Shown here piece after piece: positions 20,889 through 32,300 of a stretch of DNA of 64,000 nucleotides. The notes under the pieces are model-generated. The model was given only the letters and a program-made list of their open reading frames with translations, was not told the origin of the DNA and searched no databases. Source of the DNA: an uncultured Planctomycetota bacterium (GTDB lineage: Bacteria; Planctomycetota; Planctomycetia; Isosphaerales; Isosphaeraceae). The position numbers and the translations under genes were made by a program. The stretch spans positions 992,001 through 1,056,000 of the forward strand of contig CAWGMQ010000006.1 in the NCBI GenBank assembly GCA_963823665.1, written 5' to 3'. Every line of letters begins with the position of its first letter. Positions within the stretch are counted from its first letter, which is position 1.

Positions 20889-23747
20889 ATGCGACTGAAG
20901 AAGCTGTGGGTAGCCCTCGTGGCCGTGCCGATCGCCTATGCATTGGGGTGCTCGGCCCGCTGCTCGCCCGGCAGGTGCCGGGTCTGACCGGCAGACTGTC
21001 GCAGCAACCCGGCGTAGCCGCTCTACATGCGGTTGAAAAGCAACTGAAATCGGCGGTGAGCAAAGTTACGCCTGGCGTCGTTGCTGTTGGACCGGGCGCC
21101 TCGGGAGTCATCGTCTCGGCGGACGGCTTAATCCTCACTCAGAGTCACTGCGCACCTGACCCAACGGTCAAAATATGCCTCACTGACGGAACCGAGGAGG
21201 TTGCAGATGTTCTTGGGCCTGATGATGTGTTCGATCTTTGCTTATTGAAACTGCGGAAGCCAGGTCCATACCCACATGTCGATTTTGCGGAAACCATGCC
21301 GAAGCTGGAAAGCTGGATTGTTCTGGCGGGTTATCCGTTGCCTCTGAGTTACAAGAAAGGCCGGCCGGCGGAAATACGGCTTGGCAAACTTCTCTATTCC
21401 ACTTCAACTTTGTTGCCGACTGTCCCACGATGGGTGGAGACTCAGGTGCACCGTACTTCGACCTGAACGGTCGCCTGATCGGCATCGTCGATGGTGCTAC
21501 TTTGTTTACCGATGTCCTGTACCCCGACTGCACAGTCAATCTGGGCAGCCGATGGATGCGCGGAACCCCGGTCAAAGAAGTTCGCAGTCGATTTGAACGC
21601 ATGAAAGGAGGCGAGAAAAATATCGGGCTAAGGCCCGGGGAGCTCTCCTTCCAGGATCGGGCCATGAGACTCCCCTTCACGGACTTGATTCCGGCGGAGC
21701 GACACAGCCATGGAATCAAGACGCTCGAGGCGTTCCGGGAGGCGAATGTCACCGTGAGGGAGAGCGTCGTCGAGGTGCTTGACGGCAATGAGACGGCCGC
21801 CCTTGGTGCCGTCGTGGACGCCGATGGTTTGGTCTGACCAAAGCCAGCGAGGTGCCGGACGGCGTCCGGGTCCGGCTGGCCGACGGACGCATCCTCGCAG
21901 CGGAGGTCGTCGGCGTTGACCCGGCTTATGACCTGGCTTTGCTTCGCCTGCCGACGAGCGGACTGAGGCCTGTCGCCTGGGCAGCCTCCGGTCAGCCCTC
22001 AGTCGGCACTCCGGTGATTGCTGCTGGCCCAGGGCCGCTGCCCGTCAAGATTGGAATCGTGAGCTTGCCGCTCCAGGTGTCGTCCGGACCCTTCAAGAGC
22101 ACGGTCTCGCGCCGGCCGCTCACGCCGGCGATGCCGCCGGCCGTGCTCGGCAGCGGTGTTCCGGGTCGTGGCTACTGGGTGGAGTACGTCGAAGGCAACG
22201 CGGCAGCCGCGGGAATTCGCCCGGGAGACCTGCTGGTCTCGGTCGCGGGAGTGCCCATTCGTTGCCATGAGGATGTGGGGCGCTGTGTCCAGGGCCAACG
22301 CGGCGGGAGTCAAGTGCCCGTGCAGCTTTTGAGAGAGGGCAAGATGCATCGCCTGACACTGACGTTGAAAACGGAGACGCCGAGCGTTCGTTTGATCGCG
22401 GACCGGACCGATCGCATGATTCCGCTCTTACAGTCAGCCGTCTCCCAGGGGCTCCGGCAGGTGCTTACTGACGTTTCCACTAGCCTTGTGACGGATCTTT
22501 CCGTTTTGCGGGCAGTATATAACGATTCTCATAGCCGCGAACGCTTCAGGCCCCCCGCTGCGTTCCCTGTGGCGATCCCCGTCGGCCAAGATGAGTGTGG
22601 TGGGCCGCTGATCGGCCTGGATGGCAAGGTTCTCGGGTTAGTCTGCGAGCGAGCTCATTCGACATTTACCCTGGTGATTCCGGCTGATCGGGTCGTGGAG
22701 TGCTTGAAAGACCTGAAGCAAGGCCGCCCGCTTGGTGCATTGCCCCCACGGGTTAGCACGGTCGCCAACGCCCCTGCTCCGAAGCCTGCCACCGCCACGT
22801 CCGAGGAAGTGATCACAAAGCTCAAAGAGAGAACAGACCGCTACCGTAGCTTGCTCGTCGAATATGACATCACCACGGAAGCCGACGTCGATCCCCAGTT
22901 GCTGGTCGCGTGGCAATTCTCGTTCTTCCGGGATTACCATGAACGTCATCGCGCCGCCTTTCTGGGGCCCAAGCAACTGACCGAGATCATCATCCCCGCT
23001 GGCGATGGCTTTCTTGCGCCCGCGTATGCAGCGACTCCGGACCCAGCCGCTCCCAAGGACGTCTCCCAGCGACTGGCCCAGGCCCAGAGGACGGCCGCCC
23101 AGGCAAGAGACGTCGGGCTCATCCATTGGCACTTGTTGCGCTACCGCCAATCTTCCGGATTACGACGCTTTGTGTTTGATTCGAAGACGGTGGAGTCGCA
23201 GTCGGTGTACGGTGATGAAGACCGCTTCGAAGGATACTTTGCGCCAAAGGATTACCTGGCCAACATCGGACTGCGGCCGATCAGCTTCAGACACTCATTC
23301 GATCCCTCACAGAGCACCAGGAACGGCGACCTGGCGGAAGAGCAAGCCTGGCGGCTTCCGGGGAACTTTGCGCGCCTGCCGCACTGCCGTGTCCGGCCGA
23401 ATGAAGAGAAGGTGGATGGCGCGGGCTGCGTCGTGCTCGAGGCGCCGCTCAAGGACGGAATCGAAACGATCTGGCTTGATCCGGGGCTGGGATATGCTCC
23501 GCGAAAGTGGGAGGTTCGCGCCGGCAATCGGCTGGTCTGGCGAAGGACGGGCAAGGATTTTCGCGAGTTCGCACCAGGATGCTGGCTGCCGCTGGAAGCC
23601 ACCGCGTCTTTCGGACCGCCCGCGTGGACGTCCCTCGTGCCACCAGACCAGTCGGTCTACACGCAACGCATGAGTTTGCGTTACGCTCGTGTGAACGATT
23701 TGCCTGACAGCATTTTCACAAAGGAAGTTCATGCTCGCCGTGACTGA
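20889..23747 (+). CDS. Exported trypsin-like serine protease with a second degenerate protease domain, PDZ and C-terminal domain (3 frameshifts near 20946, 21400, 21835)
   Basis: ATG 20889 'MRLKKLWVALVAVP' after AAGGGA; catalytic-like 'LTQSHC', 'DLCLLK', 'GGDSGAP'; second domain 'LTKAS', 'DLALLR', 'DECGGPL'; PDZ 'AAAAGIRPGDLLVSVAG'. Confidence 0.75.
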
Positions 23748-23792
23748 CGCTGCACTGGTCAGGAGGCTTGTTGACTTCGAGCGACGCGAACC

Positions 23793-23979
23793 ATGCTCAC
23801 GCGGCGACGCGCGCTTGCAATTCTCGGGGCGGCCGGGATTCGAACGGGCGTCTTTCAGCGTGCGTTGGCGGCGAAGGCAGCCGAAGGACCGGTTTCTCCA
23901 CAAATGGTTGCGGATGCCGAGTGGGTCGCAGGGATCAAGCTCACTCCGGCCCAGCGCGAGGCGGCAGCCAACCATCTGA
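23793..23979 (+). pseudogene. Truncated N-terminus of a Tat-exported protein (resembles planctomycete amidases)
   Basis: 'MLTRRRALAILGAAGI..GVFQRALAA...AEWVAGIKLT' ends abruptly; family from recall only. Confidence 0.4.
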
Positions 23980-24540
23980 AACGGCATCGGTTGGGACGCA
24001 TATGAGGAGCACTTCTGGGAACAGTGGATCATCCGCTTCGAGTATGCCTACGTCGGCCTGCCGGCCCTGGACGGGCCGGCGTACGCGACCGGCGAAAACC
24101 TCCTCGGCGTGGCGCTGAGCGTCTTAATGCAGCTACCAGCCGACCGCCGTGCCGAGTTGTACGCAGAGGGATTGCGACGGATTGCCGCTTCTGGAGAAAA
24201 TGATTTTCGACGCTTCCTCCTGGCCGAGTGCCTGGAGGCTTACGCCGAGATGGACGAAGCCCAGCACGAGCGACTGCACGCGTTGTTGCACCACGAAAAG
24301 TATCAAGAGGTTGAATCCCTCACGAAGACGACATACGAGCGAGGAATCGAACGAGGAATCGAACGAGGCATTGAGCAGGGCGAGCGGCGGTCGACCATCC
24401 GGCTATTGGAAACCAAGTTCGGCCCATTGTCAGACAAGGTCAAGCAGCGGGTTGAGGGCTCCTCACCCGAAGCGCTGGCCCGAATCCAGCTTGATCCTCT
24501 CGAAGCCCAAGCCCTCGAGGACCTCCGATTAGAGGAGTAA
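23980..24540 (+). pseudogene. C-terminal fragment of an Rpn-like / DUF4351 protein
   Basis: Open from 23980 after a TGA with no convincing start; 'YVGLPALDG..Y..GENLLGVALSVLM', 'TYERGIERGIERGIEQGERR...LLETKFGPLS'. Confidence 0.65.
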
Positions 24541-24572
24541 ACAGGTCTCCAAGCGGTCTAACGGTTTGTTCG

Positions 24573-24867
24573 TTACTCTCCCCAGTTTTACCGATTAGCG
24601 CGACGTAAGGGGTTTTAGCACGCTGACTCCGAGGATCTCGTCCAGCAGGTCCTCCGCGCCGTCGCTTCCGCCGTGGACCGCTGGGAAGCCGACCCGTGTA
24701 AAATGCCTTTTCGCAACTGGTTGTTCCGGATCGCGCGGAACATGATACTGAACCTGATGACCGGCGACGGCTCGGTCCGATTCGTGAAGGCGTCGGTGAG
24801 CGCGAGCGTCTGGACGGCCCTGGGGGCCATCTCGGGAAGAGAAGTGGTCGATGCCAGTGCCTACTGA
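24573..24867 (+). pseudogene. Chimeric remnant: ECF sigma fragment fused to a DUF1559 3' end
   Basis: 24573-24756 aligns to 15853-16034; 24749-24867 aligns to 20589-20707; junction TGAACCTG; in-frame TAG in the ECF part. Confidence 0.9.
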
Positions 24868-25063
24868 CCGCGGCCGGTTCCGTAGATGATGAATGTCCTC
24901 TTCGGCCCATTCGACCACTATGCGTTCCCAGGGACTCAGTTATGAAGAACCGACGATGAGCGCTGGCTGTTCTCGGCAGTGCCGGGCTCGAGACCTCTGT
25001 CCTTCAGCGTGCGCTCGCGGCGAAGGTTGGGCCATGGCGGTGGATGCGAAGACGAGCTTGCGG

Positions 25064-25249
25064 TCAAGTTACCAATAGACCGCGATCTTGGACGGTCGCT
25101 CGGTGCGCGATTGCCTGAGGTGTGACCTTTGGTGAGCTTGCCGTGCTCGAGAGAGAGTTGTCGTCGCCGCTGTAGACGACCCTGATCGCGTTGTTAAGCA
25201 CGCCGGCAGCACCCAGGTTGAGCGTCGCCTGCCTGCCAATGAGCGCCGC
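25064..25249 (-). pseudogene. C-terminal fragment of an Ig-like (Big_3-type) domain
   Basis: 'ATLNLGAAGVLNNAIRVVYSGDDNSLSSTASS' resembles the 'YSGD.NF..S' end of the Big_3 repeats in the giant gene. Confidence 0.45.
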
Positions 25250-25379
25250 TAACCCCACTCCTCACCCGTCCCTGCCCACCACAGTTTTGATTCCTCTGGA
25301 TTCTTCCCAGGTTCTCCTCAATCGCCGCAAGAATCGCCTCGTGTCCCAGTGGTCTACCGGTTAGTCGGCTGGCGTACAC
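25250..25379 (-). pseudogene. Possible C-terminal remnant of a Y1/RAYT-type transposase
   Basis: 'TGRPLGHEAILAAIEENLGR' resembles the GRPLG...LGR tail of Y1 transposases; recall only. Confidence 0.3.
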
Positions 25380-25520
25380 GACTCACACGAGCGCAGGAAC
25401 GCCCGAGAAGTCGCAACGTCTTGTGAAGGAATAAACACCGGAGTAAATGTTGCGTGTTGCCGACTGCCGACACGCGGCGATTCCGTCTTGGCTCGATGAA
25501 TCGGCAAAGTGGCCCTGCGA

Positions 25521-26273
25521 TCACGATGTCGCTGACGGAGCGGTCTCAGGGACGCGACCGGCCCTTGCGCCACGTCGACGCCGCCAGCAATAGCCGCCGG
25601 CTGTGAAGAGCCCCCCGATGACCCCCAGAAGGAGCGTGCTCGGTTCGGGGACTGACGCGCCACCGATGACGATCACATTGGAAATCGTCACGCTCGAGGA
25701 ACTATCCGGGTCGGTGCCGCCCGCCAGGCGGAAGAGGATCTCGGCGGACTGGCCGTCCAGGTTGAGCGACGACAGATCGACCGAGACGAGGGCGATGTCC
25801 CCGGACGGGACCGTGACCGTCACGCCCAGGGCGGCCTGCCCCTGCGTGATGCCATCCACAATGTCCCGGGTGTAGAAGGAGTCGGTCGTGGAGTCGACGG
25901 TCGGCACGAGCGAGGCGAGCGTGCTTGGGTTCAGCAGGGAGGCCCCGAAGAAGTCCGGCAGATAGCCGTTGGCATTGTTATTGTCGACAGTCGAATCCGG
26001 CGCGACTGAGTTCAGGGTGAACTGCAGGCTCTGGACCCCAGATGGCATCGTGAACGTGAGGAACAGGTCAGTTTCGAGCGCGAAGGTGCTCTCGGCGATC
26101 GTCGCGAGCCCGCCGGCGGCCGTCAATGTCCCACTATCGCCAGCAGTGGTCCAGCCCGAGAGGCCGTTCGGGAAGCCGAGGATGAGGTCGGCGCGGGCAG
26201 GCGGCCCCGCCGCGGCGATCATCGAGCAAACGACGAGTATTCCGAGAAATCCTGTGAACTTGCGGCATCGCAT
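25521..26273 (-). CDS. PEP-CTERM sorting-domain surface protein
   Basis: Signal peptide ending 'PARAD'; C-terminal 'VPEPSTLLLGVIGGLFTAGGYCWRRRR'; GAGG RBS; 41 bp downstream of the giant gene. Confidence 0.9.
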   Translation of the reverse strand: MRCRKFTGFLGILVVCSMIAAAGPPARADLILGFPNGLSGWTTAGDSGTLTAAGGLATIAESTFALETDLFLTFTMPSGVQSLQFTLNSVAPDSTVDNNNANGYLPDFFGASLLNPSTLASLVPTVDSTTDSFYTRDIVDGITQGQAALGVTVTVPSGDIALVSVDLSSLNLDGQSAEILFRLAGGTDPDSSSSVTISNVIVIGGASVPEPSTLLLGVIGGLFTAGGYCWRRRRGARAGRVPETAPSATS

Positions 26274-26314
26274 CAACTTTACCTCGCAGTCATGAATTAG
26301 AAGGAAGAACCTGG

Positions 26315-29300
26315 TCATGCATCCCGTCGCTCATCGGTCTCTTCGTTCCCTGGGCGGACCCGACCCGTCGGCCAGCCACGAGACACCCAGCATCCCAGCA
26401 GGAGGGCCTTGATACGAGCCATCAAGGACGGGCCGGTCGCTTCTCGGTCGGACTCCGGCTCCGAATCGGGGCGGGGATGATCGGAACCGGGTCTGGTCGC
26501 GGCCTGCGTTTCTCGGCCGGCCGTCGAGGCTGTGTCCGAGGCTTCCCGCACATCGAGAGCCAGCTCATCGGCGATCACCTCGCCGAGCCAGGCGCCGCGG
26601 TCCGGCAAGTCGGCGAAAGCCCCTCCCATGAGGGCGTTGAGGATCGACGGGTCCTGTCTGGCGGTACGATGAGGGCGTCGCGAGGCCAGCCGCCAGAGCG
26701 GGAGGGCCGGCGTCGAGGAGCCGATCGGCCGGCCATGCGTCGGGAACACGTCGGGCGAGTACCGGGCCGATGGCCTGTCGGCGGGATGCGACAGGTCCAT
26801 CGGCCGGCTGAAAGAGGAGACCGACATCATCGACGCGCCCAATGGCGGCAGGGCACCGTGGATGACGCTCGCTTGGAGGGACGGTTGCCCGGACGACAGA
26901 GTGATCGAGTCGAGGGGCTGGAGGGAGGCGGTTGCCAACGTGGCCGTGGAAACGGATGAGGTTGAGGAGGGTGGAACCCAGTTGGCCCGCTCCTCGGAGG
27001 CGGAGTCCGTCGCCGAGAGCTGCGCCTGCACGCGGATCGCGGAGGCGGTGGACGGGGCGGTGATGATAGTACTCGAGGTCCACGACGAGCTGGCCGGCGT
27101 GCCCGATGACGTCGGTCGGGGCGCCTGGCCGGGGATGGCGGCGATGTCGCCCGGTCCAGGGAAGCGGCGCTCACCGGGGGCCAGGGTCTCGGTCATGAGG
27201 TCGTCGGGATAGACCGCCGGGTCGAGGTCCGGCAGACCGAGGACATGGCCCAGTTCGTGCTCAACTACCGTGAAGAGGTCCACCTCGCCGGCGGGAACCG
27301 GGCCGGCTGCGGGGCCGCCGAGGAACCAGGCGTAGCCGTCGGCGTTACGATCGAGCAAGATCAGAGGACTCGGATTCTGGCCGAAGGGAGCCACCTCGAG
27401 ACCGAAAACGCCCTGCGGAAGGCTCAGGATCTCGAACTGGACGCGGTCGAATAAGGCAAGCTGAGAAGCGCCGAGCCCGGCAGCAGACCAGGCGCGCTCG
27501 GCGGCCGCCACGATCGGAGTGAGCTCTTCCGGCGTGAGGGCGCCGGCGGATTGAACCGCGCCAGAACCGGGCGCGACAGCCGCCTCCTGGGGCAGGGCAG
27601 AAAGAGCGAGATTGGTCCAGCCCGTAGTGTCAGACGTGACGACGTTATCGGCAGGATCGAAGACCGAGTGCCAATCGAAAATCAAGACGCTTCCATCGGT
27701 AAGCGCGACGGCCGTTCCATAGTGGACGTTCAGGCTGGGGTTATTGGGATCGGGGCTTTTCGAGACGGCACCGGCCGTGACGACACCGGGCACGATCGTT
27801 TGACTGAGAGCGATTGCCGCCTGCTTGCTGAGAGCGCGATCGATATATGCATTGGCGAAGACCGACTGGAGCTGAGCTGCCATTTGTGGGCCCAGCGAGC
27901 TCGCGGTGCCATTGACGAGTGCGTAGAGGAAATCCGCTAGCCCACCAGGCTGCAATCCCGGAACACCGCTCAAGATGCTGTTGATCTGCTGGGCGAACCC
28001 GGCATCAGCGGCCAGGGCATTGATAATCTCCCTGGTGACGTCCACGACCGAGAACGCCTCAGATTGGCGCCACACGACCCCGTTCGAGTCGACAACCTGT
28101 AGTCCCACGTAATTCGTCCCGGGGATCTTGGAAAGCCCCGCCGGCGTGTAGCTGATCGCTCCCGTCGTCGGATCGTAAGTGATCCCCGGAGTATTGCCGG
28201 AGGCCTGCGCGCTTGGAAACAGCCCCTCCCCGGGCCCAAGGGTGCTGATGTAACCCTGGATGCTGACAGGAGTCTGTCCCGTATAGCTCCCCCCGATCGA
28301 GGGTATTTGCCCAGGGATCACTACGGGGAGGGGCGTGAGAGTCAAGGCATCGCCCTGGCCCGAGATTCCCTTGGCATTTCCGCCGATGGCGATCGGCCCG
28401 AACCCCGGGACGGGTGGCAGGAACGTGAAGAAGAAATTGCCTGAACCAGGTGTGACCTGAAGGTCCGCTTGGATGTCGATCAGGAAGTTGACAAGCTGCT
28501 GTGGGAACCACACACCATTGGTCACATCGTCCACTGGGTACCGGATCAAGATCGGGAGGTCGACCAAGCCTGTGCCCGAGATAAACGAGTTAAATCTAAT
28601 TTTGTGGGAATAGTCGTACTGGACCTCGCTCTCGATCGCGTTGGCATCGTAGACGAAGACGGCGCCATGACCGTTCCCGGTGACGGGAACATCAAATGTG
28701 GCGTAGAGGTATCGGCCATCGGGAGAGATGGAAAGACCGTGTGGGAACGCCTCGGGCAGCGGTCGGGTGGCTGCGACCACGCCGCGCAACCCGCCGTTGA
28801 TGGTCGCGGCCGCGCTCGGGTCCACGGCGAAGTTGAGCGGATCTGCGATGACGGCGATGTTGCTCCCGGCAAGGTAGGGGCTATCGTACGACCACGCAAT
28901 ATTCCGCTTTGGGATGTTTTGGTTGGGGACATCAAATGCCGTCACGAACGCAAACTCGGCATCGGGGGTAAAGACGATCTTTTGCGCGCCGCTCACGTCG
29001 AACGACGCAGGAACAGCCGGTTGACCGTTGATCGGCTTGTTGAGAGTAAACGGGATGTACTGTGCGGTATTTGTAGTCAGATTCAGGAAACCGACTCCCT
29101 TGGCATCGTCGGCGATGTCCGTGAACGCCACAATATTCGGGTCGGGGCTGGCAGTGACGCCGTACGGGTACACGCCCACCGTGAGCCGCTTGGTCTGCAA
29201 TGGCTGGCCCGATGTCCAGAATGCCGTCCAGGATGGAAGACTGGGATCGACCGTCACGGTCCAGATCTTGCCGTTGTCACCGGCGTTGGCCGTAAGGTAA

Positions 29301-32300
29301 GACGTGCCCAAGGGCGCCGCGACCACGAGGTAGCGGCCGTCGCCGGAGACGTCTAATCCCGTCAGCCCGTTGGCGACGTTCAGCGATATGGTGCGATACT
29401 GAAGGTATGTGGGAGAGTTTGGATCGATGTCCACGACATATACGTTCCCGACATTCTGATCCGAGATGAACGCGTACTGGTCATTCGGACTGATGGCGAT
29501 CTGGAACGGCTTGGCGTTCGCGGGCAGCGAGATGGCGGTTGGCGAGCCCAGCCCTGAGCCCGAGGCACCAACCGACTCCAGGATCGTTTGCGCGTCAAGC
29601 TGTTGCAGCCCAACGGCGTCGATCACCGCGAACCCCCCGGACCCGACCACGAAGACGCGGCTGTTGTCGTGGGTAACCGCGAGGTATTGCGGGATGATTC
29701 CCTCGATCGGGATCGTGTCGATTTGCTGGTTGAACGTCGACGACATCGGATTTGCGTCGATGACCGAAATCGCGCCCACCGTGGGCTGCGCGGTGGGCTG
29801 CGTCGAGAATTCATAGATGGGCTTTGGTTGGATATTGATGACGTTGCTCTGCGGGCCCTCGCTGACTATGTTTCCCATCTGGTCGCGGAGAACCCGTTCC
29901 ACCGAGATCTGGGCCAGACCAAGAGTGACAGTGCGCGGGATGTTGACTGTGATTTCCGTCGAAGTCACAGTGACGGGCTGAGCCGTCCAGGTCTGCCCCT
30001 CACTGCCAGTCTGGAAATTGACCACGGTGTCAGTTGTGTCGCCGAAGTTGCTTCCATCGATGACGAGCACGGTCGAGCCGCCACTGAACTGCAAGTTGGC
30101 TTGACTTAGAACTGGGGGCTGCGCGTCGGGCGAAGGATCAACGACGATACTGACCGGATTGACCCCGGCGGCGACGGTGACCTGGCCGGTTGTCACATTG
30201 GGCGGGCCTACCTTGGGAATGACGAAGGCCATGAAGTTGTTAGGCCCCAGGGGAAGGTTGATGGCTCCGAGGTTTAATGGACTCAGAGCGACTCCCACGC
30301 CTCCTGCCACGAACGCGGCCCCAAGCCCCACGGCGAGAATTCCGGCCAACGATAACGGAATGAGAGCGACCGAGATCAGGGCAAGTCCGGTCGAGAGCGA
30401 CAGGGCGGCCAAGAGCAGCGATGTGCGATCGACACCCTTGAAGGGAGGCGAATTCGTGTGCATGTAGCCGTCCGATCCGACGACACCGGTGTCGACCTGC
30501 ATCCAGATCGGTTGTTCTACGCCCGCGTCGTCCGGCAGACTATCAGCTCGGTAGAGAAAGATCGTCGTGCCCGCCGGCACGCCGGGCATCGGAATGGCGA
30601 GCTGAACCGGCTCGCTCAGGATCCCGCTGCCGAGCTGGAGGTTGACTGCCCCGGCGAAGCTCAGCCAGCTCGGCACGGGAATCGGAAGATTCGCCAGGGT
30701 TACGGGCGTGATGCTCACGCTGGCGGGCGCCGGCAATGCGTTCGGGGCAATCTGCACGAGTGAGCCATCGGAACCTGCCACGACGCCGCCCGCAGCTCCA
30801 ATCGTGACGGGGCCTGAACGAGGCGGCTCGACGTGCACGTGGATGACCGACGTTGCCGGACCGTTGATCACCGTGACTGTCGCGTCGCCCGCGCCGACCG
30901 AGGTTATCAGGCCGTCCTTCGTCACGGCGATTACTTTGGTATTGCTAACATAGTAAAGCGTGCCGGTCGATGCCGCAGCGAGGTCAACGTTTCCTTGAAG
31001 GCTGACGTCGATCTGCCTTGACCCGCCCACACTCGGCAATGAAACAGTCGCCGGATAGATCGTGAGTCCTTCGGCGTACAGACCCTGCTGGGTCGGGTCG
31101 GTCGGCACGCCGACGGTCACGGCGGTCACCGCCTCGACGCCGTGGCTGGAGACGATCAGCACGGTCGTCCCGTCGCTCACGGCCGTAAGCAGGCCGCTGG
31201 CGGACACCGAAGCGATCGACGGCGAGATCGTCGTGATCGTGAAGTACGACGCCGGAAGCGTCGACTCGGTGCCATCGGAGAACTCGCCCGTCACGACGAT
31301 CTGCTCGCTGTTTCCCGCCTGGAGGCGGGGCTCACGCTGCTGGAAATCCATGCCGACCAGGACCGCACTGCTCACGGTCACGCTGATCGTGGCCGGGGCG
31401 GACGTGCCATACCCGTCATCGGCCACGTACTGGAAGCTGGCGGGACCGGTGTAGCCCGCGGCCGGGACGAAGGTCGCCGTCAGGCCGTCGGACGAGAGGG
31501 TCACCGTGCCGTGCAAGGCATCGAGCACACGGAAGTAGATCGGGTTGCCCGCGGGGTCGGTCGCCAGATTGGCGAGGTTCGCCGAAACCGGCAGGTCGAT
31601 GTGCGTCACCGCCTGTCCGGCCGAGGCGACCGGCGGGAGCGCGGCCTGGAAGCCGAGGTCGGCAGCCAGGAGCTCGTCGTCCGCGGCATTGACGGTGCCG
31701 TCCTGGTTGGCGTCGGCGGCGAGGAGATAGCCCGACTGGCCCACAGAGGTCCCCAGCGCCGCCCCCAGGAGCTGCGCGTCGTTGCCGTCGACCTTGCCGT
31801 CGCCATTGACGTCTCCGGCGACGAAGAGGTGCAGTGTGTACGCGCCCGATGTCGAGCCATTGGCCCCGGACAGCGAAAGCAGCTCCAGGCCGCCCTTGGT
31901 GATCGCGTACAGAGCGAAGGAGCCATGCGCCGTGGTGTGGCTCGCCACGGGGACGAGGCCGGCGATCGCCGGGATGGCCGGCTGGAATGAGCTGCCCGAA
32001 GCCGCCTGCACCGAGATCCCCACGAAGACCTCGCCGGAAGTCGTGGCCTGGATCTCCGACGGCTCGAAGCTGAAGGCATAGCGATTGGTACCGCCGGTCG
32101 CCAGCGTGCCGGACTGATCCGAGGCGAGGAACTGTCCCGAGCTGCCCAGGTCGGCCACGATCGGCAATGACGCGGCGGCCGGCGCGTACTGGACGGCGAC
32201 GCTGGTGCCGGCCGTGGGCGAGACTGCCTCGATCAGGCGATCCGAGGATGCCGATTCATAGCCATATCGGCTCGACTGGCCCGCGGCCAGGTTGCGGGCC

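Noticed and set aside
24749..24867. Diversity-generating retroelement template/variable repeat pair with 20589-20707
   Set aside because: Differences are not restricted to adenines, no reverse transcriptase is in the window, and the copy is fused to an ECF fragment.
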